A DNA stretch of 64,000 bases from positions 6,261 to 70,260 of the forward strand of contig JBDTTT010000007.1 in NCBI GenBank assembly GCA_039930485.1. Direction: 5' to 3'. The stretch's first letter is position 1. Each line of letters begins with the position of its first letter. Below are positions 54,384-64,000 of the stretch, in pieces. A program made the translations under genes and the position numbers. The DNA comes from Chryseolinea sp. (GTDB lineage Bacteria > Bacteroidota > Bacteroidia > Cytophagales > Cyclobacteriaceae). A model generated the notes under the pieces. It saw nothing but the letters and a program-made list of their open reading frames with translations, was not told the origin of the DNA and searched no databases.

Positions 54384-56792
54384 ATGATGATTCGAAACTA
54401 TTTCATTACGTCTCTCCGAAATTTGGCGAGAGAAAAGACAAACACCATCATCAATATAGTGGGCCTTACCTTGGGCATTACAGGAAGTCTTGTGCTTTTC
54501 CTTATAGTGAAGCATGGAACCAGTTACGATACCTATCATACAAATAAGGATCGCATTTATAGAGTGGTGACGAAATCGAAAGGCAACGATGGTTATAATT
54601 TTACGCAAGGCATTCCGTTTGCATTGCCTGAAGCATTTAAAAATGATTTTGCTGAAGCAGAGGAAGTAGCGTTTACATCATTTCAAAGAGGAAGTTTAAT
54701 TACGATTACACAAGCAAATGGACAAGTAAAAAAATACGAAGAAGGAAAAGGTTTGGTATTTACGGAGCCTTCGTTCTTTAAAATCTTTGATCGCAAAATA
54801 CTCATTGGTTCAGCTGACAAAGGACTGGATGATCCTAACGAAGCAATCATCTCAAAAAAGTGGGCACTGAAATATTTTAGTAAAGAAGATGTTATCAACG
54901 AACTCATAACATACAATAACATTGAATACAAGATTGCAGCAGTAATGGAGGACTTTCCAACCAATACTGATTTGCCCTTTGACCTCATGTTGTCGAGTAT
55001 CACCATAAAAAAGCAATTAGACGAAAGAGGTTGGGCAGGTATTTCGGATACAGATAATTGTTATGTTCTCTTGAAGGATAATAAGTCTGTTGCCAACGTT
55101 GAGGCACGCATGGAAGCTTTTGTAAAAACACACATTGGTAATGGTGGTAAAGACATTCCTGAGAATACTTTTATCATGCAGCCATTAACCGATCTTCATT
55201 CGGATAACCGCTTCTCTAATTACAACAAGAAATTGCCAAAGGCAGCGCAGATTGGTTTTGCAGTGATTGCTGTTTTTCTATTGATAACCGCTTGCATCAA
55301 TTTTATAAACCTCACTACAGCAGAAGCGGTTAAGCGCACACGCGAAGTAGGCATTCGTAAAGTATTAGGAAGTACCCGTAAGCAATTGATCTTAAAATTT
55401 ATGGGAGAGGCCTTTTTAGTGACCATCATCGCACTAACCCTATCGCTTGCTGTTGCACAAGTCCTACTGGGCTTTATGAACTCGTTCATGGAACTTTCAT
55501 TGACGCTCAATCTCACTGATATTAAGGTGTGGGGATTTCTTGGCGTGCTCACTATCATCGTAACATTGTTTGCCGGATTGTATCCTGCAATTGTTGTCTC
55601 TGCATTTAAACCAGCGCTCGCCATTCGAAATCAGATTAACAGCAATCGTTCTTCGGGATTTACGATGAGAAGAGGATTAGTGGTGCTACAGTTTTTCATT
55701 TCGCAATTCTTCATAATCGGAACAATTGTTCTTACACAACAAATGGATTACATGCATAAGCAAGACATTGGTTTTGCTAAGGATGCGATCATAACCATAC
55801 CCATTCCTGTCCACGAAGAACCAATTGGACAAAATGGCTCCAGTAAAATGCGAACGCTGAAGAATGAGATTTTGCGATTACCTGGCGTTGAGAAGACCAG
55901 TCTTGGTTATGCTCCTCCTTCTTTTAATGCTGTGGTTGGAATAGGTTTTAAAATGGTTGGGAGCGCAGATGAATACGACACACAAGTAAAACCAATAGAT
56001 GGAGATTATTTGGGATTGTATAGTATTCAACTTTTATCAGGTGAAGCGTTGACGGATCTCGACACGGCAACAGGACTTGTTGTTAACGAGAAATTAGTGA
56101 AGATGGCAGGCTTTTCAAACAATGATGAAATTGTAGGTAAGGAAATTTCGTTTTGGGGAAAGCAGTTGACAGTGAAAGGAGTTGTGAAAGATTTTAATAC
56201 GCAATCACTTGAAAAAGCGATAGAACCAGTAGTGATGTTAAATAATATAAGCGATTACAAAAGCCTTTCAATCAAGTTGAATCCATCGGACATGCAAGAG
56301 ACCATTCACCTTATTCAAGAAAAATGGGAAGCTGCCTATCCGGAATATATTTTCAGTTATAAATTTGTTGACGAACAGATTCGGGATTTGTACAAGGGTG
56401 AGCGTAAGATATCAACCTTGCTTAATGTATTCTCTTTCATTGCCATTTTTATAGGTTGCCTTGGCTTATTCGGGCTCGTCACGTTTATGGCGAATCAAAA
56501 AACAAAGGAGATTGGTGTTCGCAAAGTATTGGGTGCTTCTGTGCAAAGTATACTCTTCCTCTTCTCAAAAGAGTTTGGAAAACTCATCCTGATTGGCTTT
56601 GCGTTGGCTGCACCTGCAGCAGGATTTTTGATGCACATGCTGCTGCAAGAATTCGCGTATAAGATTGAGCTGGGACCAATAATATTTTTGACAGGTCTCT
56701 TCATCACTTTCTGTATTGCTTTTGTTACGGTAGGGTATCGGTCGTTTAGGGCGTCTACTGTAAATCCCGTACAATCATTGCGGTCGGAATAG
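54384..56792 (+). CDS. Duplicated FtsX/MacB-type ABC permease, sixth paralogue WITHOUT the N-terminal prefix module
   Basis: It starts directly at MMIRNYFITSLRNLAREK, the segment that follows the prefix in the other five. It has the motifs RTREVGIRKVLGS and KTKEIGVRKVLGA and ends ..NPVQSLRSE like the others. Confidence 0.85.
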   Translation: MMIRNYFITSLRNLAREKTNTIINIVGLTLGITGSLVLFLIVKHGTSYDTYHTNKDRIYRVVTKSKGNDGYNFTQGIPFALPEAFKNDFAEAEEVAFTSFQRGSLITITQANGQVKKYEEGKGLVFTEPSFFKIFDRKILIGSADKGLDDPNEAIISKKWALKYFSKEDVINELITYNNIEYKIAAVMEDFPTNTDLPFDLMLSSITIKKQLDERGWAGISDTDNCYVLLKDNKSVANVEARMEAFVKTHIGNGGKDIPENTFIMQPLTDLHSDNRFSNYNKKLPKAAQIGFAVIAVFLLITACINFINLTTAEAVKRTREVGIRKVLGSTRKQLILKFMGEAFLVTIIALTLSLAVAQVLLGFMNSFMELSLTLNLTDIKVWGFLGVLTIIVTLFAGLYPAIVVSAFKPALAIRNQINSNRSSGFTMRRGLVVLQFFISQFFIIGTIVLTQQMDYMHKQDIGFAKDAIITIPIPVHEEPIGQNGSSKMRTLKNEILRLPGVEKTSLGYAPPSFNAVVGIGFKMVGSADEYDTQVKPIDGDYLGLYSIQLLSGEALTDLDTATGLVVNEKLVKMAGFSNNDEIVGKEISFWGKQLTVKGVVKDFNTQSLEKAIEPVVMLNNISDYKSLSIKLNPSDMQETIHLIQEKWEAAYPEYIFSYKFVDEQIRDLYKGERKISTLLNVFSFIAIFIGCLGLFGLVTFMANQKTKEIGVRKVLGASVQSILFLFSKEFGKLILIGFALAAPAAGFLMHMLLQEFAYKIELGPIIFLTGLFITFCIAFVTVGYRSFRASTVNPVQSLRSE

Positions 56793-56877
56793 AATTTAAG
56801 CAATAGGTTAATTGAAAATGAATGTTGCTCTTTGAATTTGAGTCAATCTTCTTACTTTTGATTACAACCCATTTATC

Positions 56878-57267
56878 ATGAAAACAAAAATCCTCTTGTC
56901 TATTGGCGTACTCATTGCATTCACATTATTTGCAAATTTTATGTTTATTAAATCAAATCAGGTAAAACACATTGTTATCTTCAAGTATAAGGAGAAAGCT
57001 ACTCCTGCACAGATTGAAGAAGTAACACAGGCATTCAAAGCGCTGAAAGGAAAGATTCCTGGAATTGTTTCGTTTGAATATGGGGTAAACAACAGTCCCG
57101 AAAATCTGAACAAAGGATTTACACATGCTTATTTGCTTACCTTCAAAGATGCTGCTTCACGCGATGCATATCTTCCACATCCTGAACATAAAAAATTTGG
57201 TGAGTTATTAGGAAAACTAGATGTACTTGAAGAACCATTCGTTGTTGATTTTCAGGTAACGGAATAA
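56878..57267 (+). CDS. Dabb (stress-responsive alpha/beta-barrel) domain protein with an N-terminal signal/anchor
   Basis: VKHIVIFKYKE..T..QIEEV...F..L...IPGI.SFEYG.N.SPE.L..GFTH....TF.D...RDAYL.HP.H..F is the Dabb signature. Confidence 0.8.
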   Translation: MKTKILLSIGVLIAFTLFANFMFIKSNQVKHIVIFKYKEKATPAQIEEVTQAFKALKGKIPGIVSFEYGVNNSPENLNKGFTHAYLLTFKDAASRDAYLPHPEHKKFGELLGKLDVLEEPFVVDFQVTE

Positions 57268-57284
57268 TTTTTTCCTATATCATT

Positions 57285-57335
57285 CAATCCCCCAAAACAA
57301 CAATCCAATTGTTGTTTTGGGGGATTGTTATTTTC
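57285..57335 (+). terminator. Rho-independent terminator (19-bp perfect stem) of the Dabb gene
   Basis: caatcccccaaaacaacaa (57285-57303) and ttgttgttttgggggattg (57309-57327) flank a 5-nt loop and are followed by ttattttc. Confidence 0.8.
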
Positions 57336-57577
57336 TCCCCACGCTAATTGTGTTCTAGCATTTTCCGCCTGCCAACCAAGAACACCTTTCATATCCGGCT
57401 TGTTGTATCTAAATAATTGATGTGGCCTTTCATCTTTGAATTATGTAGATTGCTCTAATCACTTTTGCTTGTGTTCGATCTGAGGCAGTGAGGAGCAGAA
57501 TGGTCTTCAAAAATTTGATGGTGTTATAATCGCACACTCTTAAGATCAGAATTATTCAACCAATCCCTTTTCAAAGT

Positions 57578-59116
57578 ATGAAAACCAAAAAGAAAAGCTC
57601 AACTCGTTCCATTAACCGAAGAGAGTTCATTGGAGGCATGACCACTGCGGCACTTGCTTTTACCATTGTTCCGAGACATGTTCTGGGAGGAAATAATTTT
57701 GTTGCCCCGAGTGATAAACTAACACTTGCATACATTGGAACAGGTACACAAGGGCTTCGCGAAATGGTACCGCTGCTTTCCGCTTCCCAGGTTCAAATCG
57801 TTGCCATTTGCGATCCGAACAAAGAAGCCGTTGGCTATCGCGATTGGGGGAAAGAGTATTTGCGAAATCAAATACGCGAAGGGATAAAAAATCCGAATTG
57901 GAATCCAGGTGGAGACAATGTAATTCCGGGCGGTAGAGACAACGGAAAAGAAATTGTGGATGCCTACTATGCAAAAGTACGGGGAGCTGAGAAATTCAAG
58001 AGTTGTTCAGCATACGCTGACTTTCGAGAAATGTTTGAGAAAGAAAAAGATTTGAATGCTGTTAAGATAATGACGCCCGATCATTTGCATGGCCTTATTG
58101 CGATGGCGGCATTGAAGCGCGGCAAACACGTCACCATGCATAAACCAATATCAAATCGATTGATGGAAGGAAAGCAGGTGATTGATATGGCTAAAAAATC
58201 AAATGCAACGACCCATCTGATTGCCTGGGATTCAAATGGCTCGATGGATACCATCATGGAATGGATCAACAGTGGTGCGATTGGTACATTAAAAGAAGTA
58301 CACAACTGGACAAACCGACCCGTGTGGCCACAGTATTCTACATTACCAACAGAACCGATGCCAGTGCCTAAAGGACTTGATTGGGATTTATGGCTGGGGC
58401 CTGAACATGAAAGGCCATATCATTCCAACTACACGAACATGGTATTCCGTGGATGGTATGATTTCGGTGGCGGATCAATGGCGGACATGGGGCACTATAG
58501 TTTGTGGACCGTGTTTAATGCTTTGCAACTAGACACACCTACGATCATTGAACCAAACTTAAGCCATGTGTGTGGATTGAATGGAGAAGTTCCGTTTCGG
58601 GTGAAGAATGATTTTTCATTTCCAATGTCAAGTCAGGTACGATTTAAATTTCCGGCCAAAGGATCGCGACCAGCAATTGATCTTTGCTGGTATGACGGAG
58701 GTATGAGACCACCTGTGCCTGAAGAGTTGTATAAACAAAAGAAAGAAATGCCACCAGAAGGAATGATGTTTATTGGTGATCAGGGTAAAATTCTAGCAGA
58801 TTTTCACGCAGGGAATCCACAAATTATTTCAGGCAAACACACAGGTGAATCCAAGAAAGATGTCGAGCAAGAGGATACACCAGAGCAATACATACCAAAG
58901 AAATTTATTGAAGGCTGCCTGTCAGGGAAACAATGTCCGGGAAGTTTACGAGATGCATGGCCGCTCACCGAAGCCATTAACTTATATGCTGTTGCATTGC
59001 GCACAGGCAAGACATTGTATTATGATGCTGCCTCGATGAAAATCACCAACATACCCGATGCTAACAAACACCTTTCGCGGGAATATCGCAAGGGCTGGGA
59101 ACCATCTTCTATATAA
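57578..59116 (+). CDS. Gfo/Idh/MocA-family oxidoreductase with a twin-arginine (TAT) signal
   Basis: It has the TAT motif NRREFIGG..AALAF and the Rossmann start LAYIGTGTQG. Size and layout are typical of periplasmic Gfo/Idh/MocA enzymes of Bacteroidota and Planctomycetes. Confidence 0.85.
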   Translation: MKTKKKSSTRSINRREFIGGMTTAALAFTIVPRHVLGGNNFVAPSDKLTLAYIGTGTQGLREMVPLLSASQVQIVAICDPNKEAVGYRDWGKEYLRNQIREGIKNPNWNPGGDNVIPGGRDNGKEIVDAYYAKVRGAEKFKSCSAYADFREMFEKEKDLNAVKIMTPDHLHGLIAMAALKRGKHVTMHKPISNRLMEGKQVIDMAKKSNATTHLIAWDSNGSMDTIMEWINSGAIGTLKEVHNWTNRPVWPQYSTLPTEPMPVPKGLDWDLWLGPEHERPYHSNYTNMVFRGWYDFGGGSMADMGHYSLWTVFNALQLDTPTIIEPNLSHVCGLNGEVPFRVKNDFSFPMSSQVRFKFPAKGSRPAIDLCWYDGGMRPPVPEELYKQKKEMPPEGMMFIGDQGKILADFHAGNPQIISGKHTGESKKDVEQEDTPEQYIPKKFIEGCLSGKQCPGSLRDAWPLTEAINLYAVALRTGKTLYYDAASMKITNIPDANKHLSREYRKGWEPSSI

Positions 59117-59138
59117 CTAACATCACAAAGAAAATATA

Positions 59139-60005
59139 ATGAACAACCTGACACGAAGAGAATTTATTTACAAAGGCGCAGCAGGTCTTGCCCTTACTTC
59201 AGCAATCATCCCATCTTTTTTACAAGCGAAAAATCTTTCCTCAGTTAAAGGACCGATTGGATTTCAAAGCTGGGTGATACGCGAGGAACTCGCAAAAGAT
59301 TTTGCTGGCACATTAAAGACGATGGCCGGCCTGGGTTATCAAAGTTTAGAAATGTGTTCACCTCCCGGATATTCAAAATATGGTTTTGGTCCTCTTGAGA
59401 ATTTAAAAGCCGGAGAGATGAAGAAAATTATTAATGGTGCCGGCATGACCTGCGTAAGTTGTCATTATGGATTTGATGAATTGAAAGAGCACGGGCAGGA
59501 GCGGATGGATTTTGCCAAAGAACTCGGGCTTTCACAAATGATACTATCCGCTTTTGGTTTACCTGAAAATGCTACACTAAGTGATTGGAAGAGATCAGCC
59601 GATGAATTGAACAAAATAGGAGAACTGGCAAGGAAGAACGGAATTCAAATGGGATATCACAACCATAACATGGAATTCGAAAAACTCGATGGACAATTGA
59701 TTTATGATGTATTGCTTCAGCAGCTCGATCCTGCATTAATCAAAATGCAATTTCAGGTTTGGGTAATTATTGCCGGCTATAAAGCCGCTGATTACTTTAG
59801 AAAATATCCGGGCCGTTTTATTTCAGCGCACTTGTCGGATTGGTCTGGTGTTGGAGAAGATCAAGTGGCACTAGGAAAAGGAAAGGTAGACTGGAATGAT
59901 TTTTTTGATGCGGCTAAGACAGGAGGACTGAAAAACTTTTTTGTTGAAATGGAAGGAATGCCAAAACTAAAAGATAGCGTGTCGTATTTAAAAAGTTTAA
60001 AATAA
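59139..60005 (+). CDS. Xylose-isomerase-like TIM-barrel protein (sugar phosphate isomerase/epimerase family) with a TAT signal
   Basis: It has the TAT motif TRREFIYKGAAGLAL and metal-ligand-like segments (YHNHNMEF, AHLSDW, FFVEME) typical of the AP-endonuclease-2 / xylose isomerase-like fold. Confidence 0.8.
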   Translation: MNNLTRREFIYKGAAGLALTSAIIPSFLQAKNLSSVKGPIGFQSWVIREELAKDFAGTLKTMAGLGYQSLEMCSPPGYSKYGFGPLENLKAGEMKKIINGAGMTCVSCHYGFDELKEHGQERMDFAKELGLSQMILSAFGLPENATLSDWKRSADELNKIGELARKNGIQMGYHNHNMEFEKLDGQLIYDVLLQQLDPALIKMQFQVWVIIAGYKAADYFRKYPGRFISAHLSDWSGVGEDQVALGKGKVDWNDFFDAAKTGGLKNFFVEMEGMPKLKDSVSYLKSLK

Positions 60006-60067
60006 GAATACACGGGCTAAGTTGGCCTAAGACGAATTGAGTTCCTGATGGAACAAATGGATGAAAA

Positions 60068-61084
60068 TCATTTCACCTCTTCTGTTCCATCAGGGTATTT
60101 TGCGAACCTGGTCTTCTCTCTAGGATGAACATGTTCGTAACTAGGCCAGGGCCATCCGCCAAAGTGCGTTATTTGATATTCGTTCATTGCCTGTTGAATT
60201 TCCACTTGTGTATTCATTACGAATGGTCCGTGTTGTGCGACCGGTTCGCTGATCGGCCTACCTTGTAGCAAGAGCAGGAAACTTTCAGTATCACCATTTT
60301 TTAAAATAACTTCTTTATCAGCATAAAGTTCAATAGCCTGATGCGAGGTGAAATTCTTTTCACCAATCTCGATAGAAGATCCTTGATAGAAATAGAGTGA
60401 GCGATTTACTCCCGCAGAAGCTATTGGTAATTTCCATTGTGCACCAGCTTCTATCTTAATCGTCCATATGGCTACTTCGTTGTTAGTATCAGCTGCCCAT
60501 GAGTCAGGGGCAGGATTGGGTGCTTTTACATTTTCTATTTTACCTGCGATAACACGCACGTTTGTGGTTTTTTCATTTATATCTTTTGAAGTGTAGGTTA
60601 GAATAGTATCGTTCCATAGCATAGCGAAATGTGGAGCTGCGAACTTATTTGCTTTAGGTAAGTTGAGCCAGATTTGAAACAGTTCCAATGGATTGCCTGT
60701 CTCTTTATTCAACAATGGAAACATCTCACAATGCTGAACGCCCTTACCGGCTGTCATCCATTGAACATCGCCAAAACCAAACCGTCCTGCTGCACCCAGT
60801 GAGTCGGAATGATCAACAAGCCCTTTCGTAACAACAGTTACAGTTTCAAAACCACGGTGTGGGTGAGCAGGAAAACCAGGCACCTTTTCACCATGATACA
60901 TGCGCCACTTTTGACTAGGTGAAAAATCTTGTCCAATGTTACGACCTGCAAGCGATGCTTCAGGTCCCATTACATCATTTCCTTTCGGGTAAAAATCTTC
61001 GTGATGAACACAAAAGAGAAACGGATCCTGGGTTTGCCACGGAAAACCAAGTGGTTTGATTGCTTTAATTGCTGTATTGCTCAT
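60068..61084 (-). CDS. Pirin-family (bicupin) protein
   Basis: It has the [10 protein letters not shown] metal-binding motif and a two-cupin layout. I chose the start Met at 61084 over the ORF-track 61162. Confidence 0.9.
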   Translation of the reverse strand: MSNTAIKAIKPLGFPWQTQDPFLFCVHHEDFYPKGNDVMGPEASLAGRNIGQDFSPSQKWRMYHGEKVPGFPAHPHRGFETVTVVTKGLVDHSDSLGAAGRFGFGDVQWMTAGKGVQHCEMFPLLNKETGNPLELFQIWLNLPKANKFAAPHFAMLWNDTILTYTSKDINEKTTNVRVIAGKIENVKAPNPAPDSWAADTNNEVAIWTIKIEAGAQWKLPIASAGVNRSLYFYQGSSIEIGEKNFTSHQAIELYADKEVILKNGDTESFLLLLQGRPISEPVAQHGPFVMNTQVEIQQAMNEYQITHFGGWPWPSYEHVHPREKTRFAKYPDGTEEVK

Positions 61085-61227
61085 ATGTAATGACAAGAAT
61101 AATGATGTTGTTTGATAAACTGAAAGAAGAAGCAAAAAGTTTAGTTCTTCGTATTGATTCACAAATCAGTAAAAGCATCAATACTTTATTTTTGATACCT
61201 TAGTACCTGGACAATCTTAATTGAGTT

Positions 61228-62574
61228 ATGATTCCAATAACTATAATACGCCATAAAGGATTCAGATTTTGGATACAGAATACGGTCAACCTGGTTAGCC
61301 TTATTCTATTTTTTTCATTTCAATATTCTGCTTATGCACAGCTTACTAAAATCGAAAAAAAAATAGAGGCATCTGTAGATCTTCATAATAATGAGGCTGT
61401 AAAACTTTTAGAGCAAGTAGTAAACATCAACAGTGGCTCTATGAATTTTGAAGGTGTATATAAAGTCGGCAAGATTTTTAAATCAAAATTTGATGCACTT
61501 GGGTTTACTACAAAATGGGTAGACGGAAAACCTTTTGGACGTGCAGGGCATTTGGTAGCTCAACATTATGGCAAAGGGAAAACCCTGTTACTTATCGGAC
61601 ACCTTGACACTGTTTTTGAATTAGAAAGTCCTTTTCAGCAGTTCAAAATGCTAAATGATTCAATGGCATCCGGTCCTGGCGTGGGAGACATGAAAGGTGG
61701 AGATGTTGTTATTGTTCAATCGATAACCGCATTGCGCGATGCAGGATTATTGAACGATATGAACATTATTATAGTGATGACAGGCGATGAAGAATTAAGC
61801 GGCCGCCCATTAGATCTTGCACGTAAGGATTTAATTCAAGCTGCGAAAGACGCAGACATTGCCATTGGTTTTGAAGATGGATCCGGAAACCCAAAGACGG
61901 CTGTTGTTTCACGAAGAAGTTCTTCAGGCTGGGAATTGAAAGTTAACGGAACACCGGCTCATTCATCCCAGCTCTTTACAGAAAAAGTAGGAGCTGGTGC
62001 AATCTATGAAGCTGCGCGCATCTTGAACCAATTTTATATTGAGCTTTCACCGGAGCCAAACTTAACATTCAATCCTGGGGTGATTCTCGGAGGAAACTAC
62101 GTTGAACACAATGACGAAATAAATGGAGGCAGTGCTACTGGAAAGGATAATATTGTTGCAAAGGAAGTTGTGGTGACAGGTGATATTCGCGCGATGTCTC
62201 TACAACAATTATATAAAGCACAGGACATAATGAAAGCCATCGTGGCAAAAAATCTTCAGGCTACATCTGCAGAGATTACATTCGATATTGGATATCCTCC
62301 TTTAGCTCCATCTGCCGGAAATAATCAATTGTTAAAAATGTTTGATCAGGTAAGCAGAGATCTTGGATTTGGAAATGTGATAGCAGTGAATCCTCGTGAT
62401 GCGGGTGCTGCTGATATTTCGTTCACTGCTGCTTACGTGGAAATGGCAATGGATGGATTGGGATTAGGAAGCAGTGGCGGTCATACGGTAAATGAAGTAG
62501 CAAATTTAAAAACACTATCGATGCAGACGAAGCGTGCTGCTATATTGATGTATCGATTAACACACGCAAAATAG
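61228..62574 (+). CDS. M20-family metallopeptidase (glutamate carboxypeptidase / CPG2-like), secreted
   Basis: It has a signal sequence and the motifs GHLDTVF, GPGVGDMKGG, TGDEE and GTPAHSS, typical of M20 dimetal peptidases. Confidence 0.85.
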   Translation: MIPITIIRHKGFRFWIQNTVNLVSLILFFSFQYSAYAQLTKIEKKIEASVDLHNNEAVKLLEQVVNINSGSMNFEGVYKVGKIFKSKFDALGFTTKWVDGKPFGRAGHLVAQHYGKGKTLLLIGHLDTVFELESPFQQFKMLNDSMASGPGVGDMKGGDVVIVQSITALRDAGLLNDMNIIIVMTGDEELSGRPLDLARKDLIQAAKDADIAIGFEDGSGNPKTAVVSRRSSSGWELKVNGTPAHSSQLFTEKVGAGAIYEAARILNQFYIELSPEPNLTFNPGVILGGNYVEHNDEINGGSATGKDNIVAKEVVVTGDIRAMSLQQLYKAQDIMKAIVAKNLQATSAEITFDIGYPPLAPSAGNNQLLKMFDQVSRDLGFGNVIAVNPRDAGAADISFTAAYVEMAMDGLGLGSSGGHTVNEVANLKTLSMQTKRAAILMYRLTHAK

Positions 62575-62626
62575 AAATGAACTCAAAATATTGATGATCC
62601 ATTGAGTCATTCACTTAAAGAGAAAA

Positions 62627-63937
62627 TTATTCAATCACTTTTGGCAACGTAACACGAAAGGTGCTTCCCTTCTCTAGTTCTGTCTCTACTGTAATTGTTC
62701 CTTTAATTTTTTCGAGCGTTTCTTTCACAATATAAAGTCCCAGTCCGGAACCATCTGATTTTTCATAGCCTTGAAAAAACATTTCAAATATTTTTGTTAC
62801 ATAATCAGGATGAATACCTATACCATTATCTTGTATTGATATGTCAACATGCGTTGCATTATTATGCGTGTTAATTTTGATAAAAGAATTCACCTTCGCG
62901 CGGTCCGTATATTTAAAGGCATTGGAAAGCAGATTGCCTAATAAAATCTGCATACGGGTTGGATCACTCTGAATCGTTAATTCATTCGGAACATTTACCT
63001 CTAGTTTTATTTTTTCTGCCCCGGGATAGAATTGCAGGTTTTCAAGGACCTCGTTAATAAAACTTTTAATGTTTACTTCTCCGATGTTTAAGGGCAGTCT
63101 TGAGTTTCGTGAGTAGTCTGAAATGTCTTTGATGAATTTGTCCAATCGAATCAATCGTCCTTCCATCATGGTGAGGTAAGATTTTATTTCAACAGGATCG
63201 TTGGTGTATTTTGTCAGATTGATTAATCCTCTCAATGAACTGATGGGTGATCGTAAATCATGGGAGGTGCTGTAGACAAAACGATCTAGCTCTTTATTTA
63301 CTTTCACAAGCTCTCCGTTTTTTTGATTCAAATCAGCTTCATTTTTGCGCAATGAATTTTCTGAATAATAGTTGAGTGTCACCAGAAAGTAAACCACCAG
63401 CACACTGGTGATCGATGTAACAAGTAAATTAATAATCAGGTTGACGCTTATGTATTCAGGAGTATATATTCTTCTGGGAATAATGTGCAGCTCAAAAACA
63501 ACAGAAGAAAGAATTAATAAAGTAGTAAAAGCAATTAACACCAGGGAAGTTCTTCGATGCTCAAAGCCAAAGCCGGCAATAGTAACGATATAACAAAGAA
63601 TAAAAAGGAAGCCAACTCCAATTTCAATTGGCTCTAATATAGAAAAGGAGAAGACGATAATATCGCCAGCAATGATCAATAACACTTTTGCCCAATAGTG
63701 ATACCCCTTCCTGTTTAATATAAAACTGAGTAGCGCGAGAAGAGCTCCTCCAAGTTGTAAATACCATGAATCATAAATGCCATTCTGAAGATCAATAACA
63801 AGGTAGAGCAGGCAGATGAAAATCGTGAGTAGGCTGAGCTGTGCCGTTAGCACGACTAATTTATAATCTGCAAATGCAAGTACAGGCTGATTTTTGCCGA
63901 GTAGAAAGTTTTGAGTTGGGCGATGGAATTGCGTCAT
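62627..63937 (-). CDS. Membrane-bound sensor histidine kinase
   Basis: It has about 6 N-terminal TM helices, a coiled linker, the H-box STSHDLRSPI, the N-box LLSNAFKYT, and G-boxes DNGIGI and GSGLGLYIVKE. No response regulator is adjacent within the window. Confidence 0.85.
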   Translation of the reverse strand: MTQFHRPTQNFLLGKNQPVLAFADYKLVVLTAQLSLLTIFICLLYLVIDLQNGIYDSWYLQLGGALLALLSFILNRKGYHYWAKVLLIIAGDIIVFSFSILEPIEIGVGFLFILCYIVTIAGFGFEHRRTSLVLIAFTTLLILSSVVFELHIIPRRIYTPEYISVNLIINLLVTSITSVLVVYFLVTLNYYSENSLRKNEADLNQKNGELVKVNKELDRFVYSTSHDLRSPISSLRGLINLTKYTNDPVEIKSYLTMMEGRLIRLDKFIKDISDYSRNSRLPLNIGEVNIKSFINEVLENLQFYPGAEKIKLEVNVPNELTIQSDPTRMQILLGNLLSNAFKYTDRAKVNSFIKINTHNNATHVDISIQDNGIGIHPDYVTKIFEMFFQGYEKSDGSGLGLYIVKETLEKIKGTITVETELEKGSTFRVTLPKVIE

Positions 63938-64000
63938 AACATAACGAACCGGCAGCCAAAGTAGAAATAATTTTCAAATGACGCACGATTCGGGAAGGCC

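Overview
This is a 64-kb chromosomal window that looks like Bacteroidota, probably Cytophagales-like. The signals are AT-rich sequence, a T9SS C-terminal sorting domain, a PVC-type heme-binding HEAT protein, TAT-signal Gfo/Idh/MocA enzymes, and a TPP-riboswitch-controlled TonB receptor. I saw no rRNA, tRNA, CRISPR array, transposase or integrase. Housekeeping genes (frr, pyrH, ppc, recO, tdk) are interspersed with envelope and accessory genes. These include an MFP-RND-TolC efflux operon, an ECF sigma/anti-sigma cluster, an OMP plus IPT/Kelch lipoprotein plus membrane AraC cluster, and a periplasmic oxidoreductase / TIM-barrel pair. The outstanding feature is a 13.6-kb operon at 22455-36060. 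It has a PadR-family regulator whose stop overlaps the start of the first of five tandem, tightly packed paralogous duplicated FtsX/MacB-type permeases of about 870-900 aa. Each permease carries a near-invariant N-terminal prefix module of about 75 aa. That module is also conserved at synonymous nucleotide positions. No ABC ATPase is present anywhere in the window. A sixth permease paralogue at 54384-56792 lacks both the prefix and a PadR gene. I propose the operon is a functionally uncharacterised array with one regulator and many membrane receptors or effectors. Other notable items: a RelE/ParE toxin-antitoxin cassette bracketed by 54-bp direct repeats that duplicate the 3' end of the neighbouring gene; a nested palindromic REP/MITE-like element between convergent genes; a 41-bp tandem duplication; and a perfect 22-bp palindrome upstream of ppc. 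All calls come from reading the sequence and the supplied translations. No database search was run.
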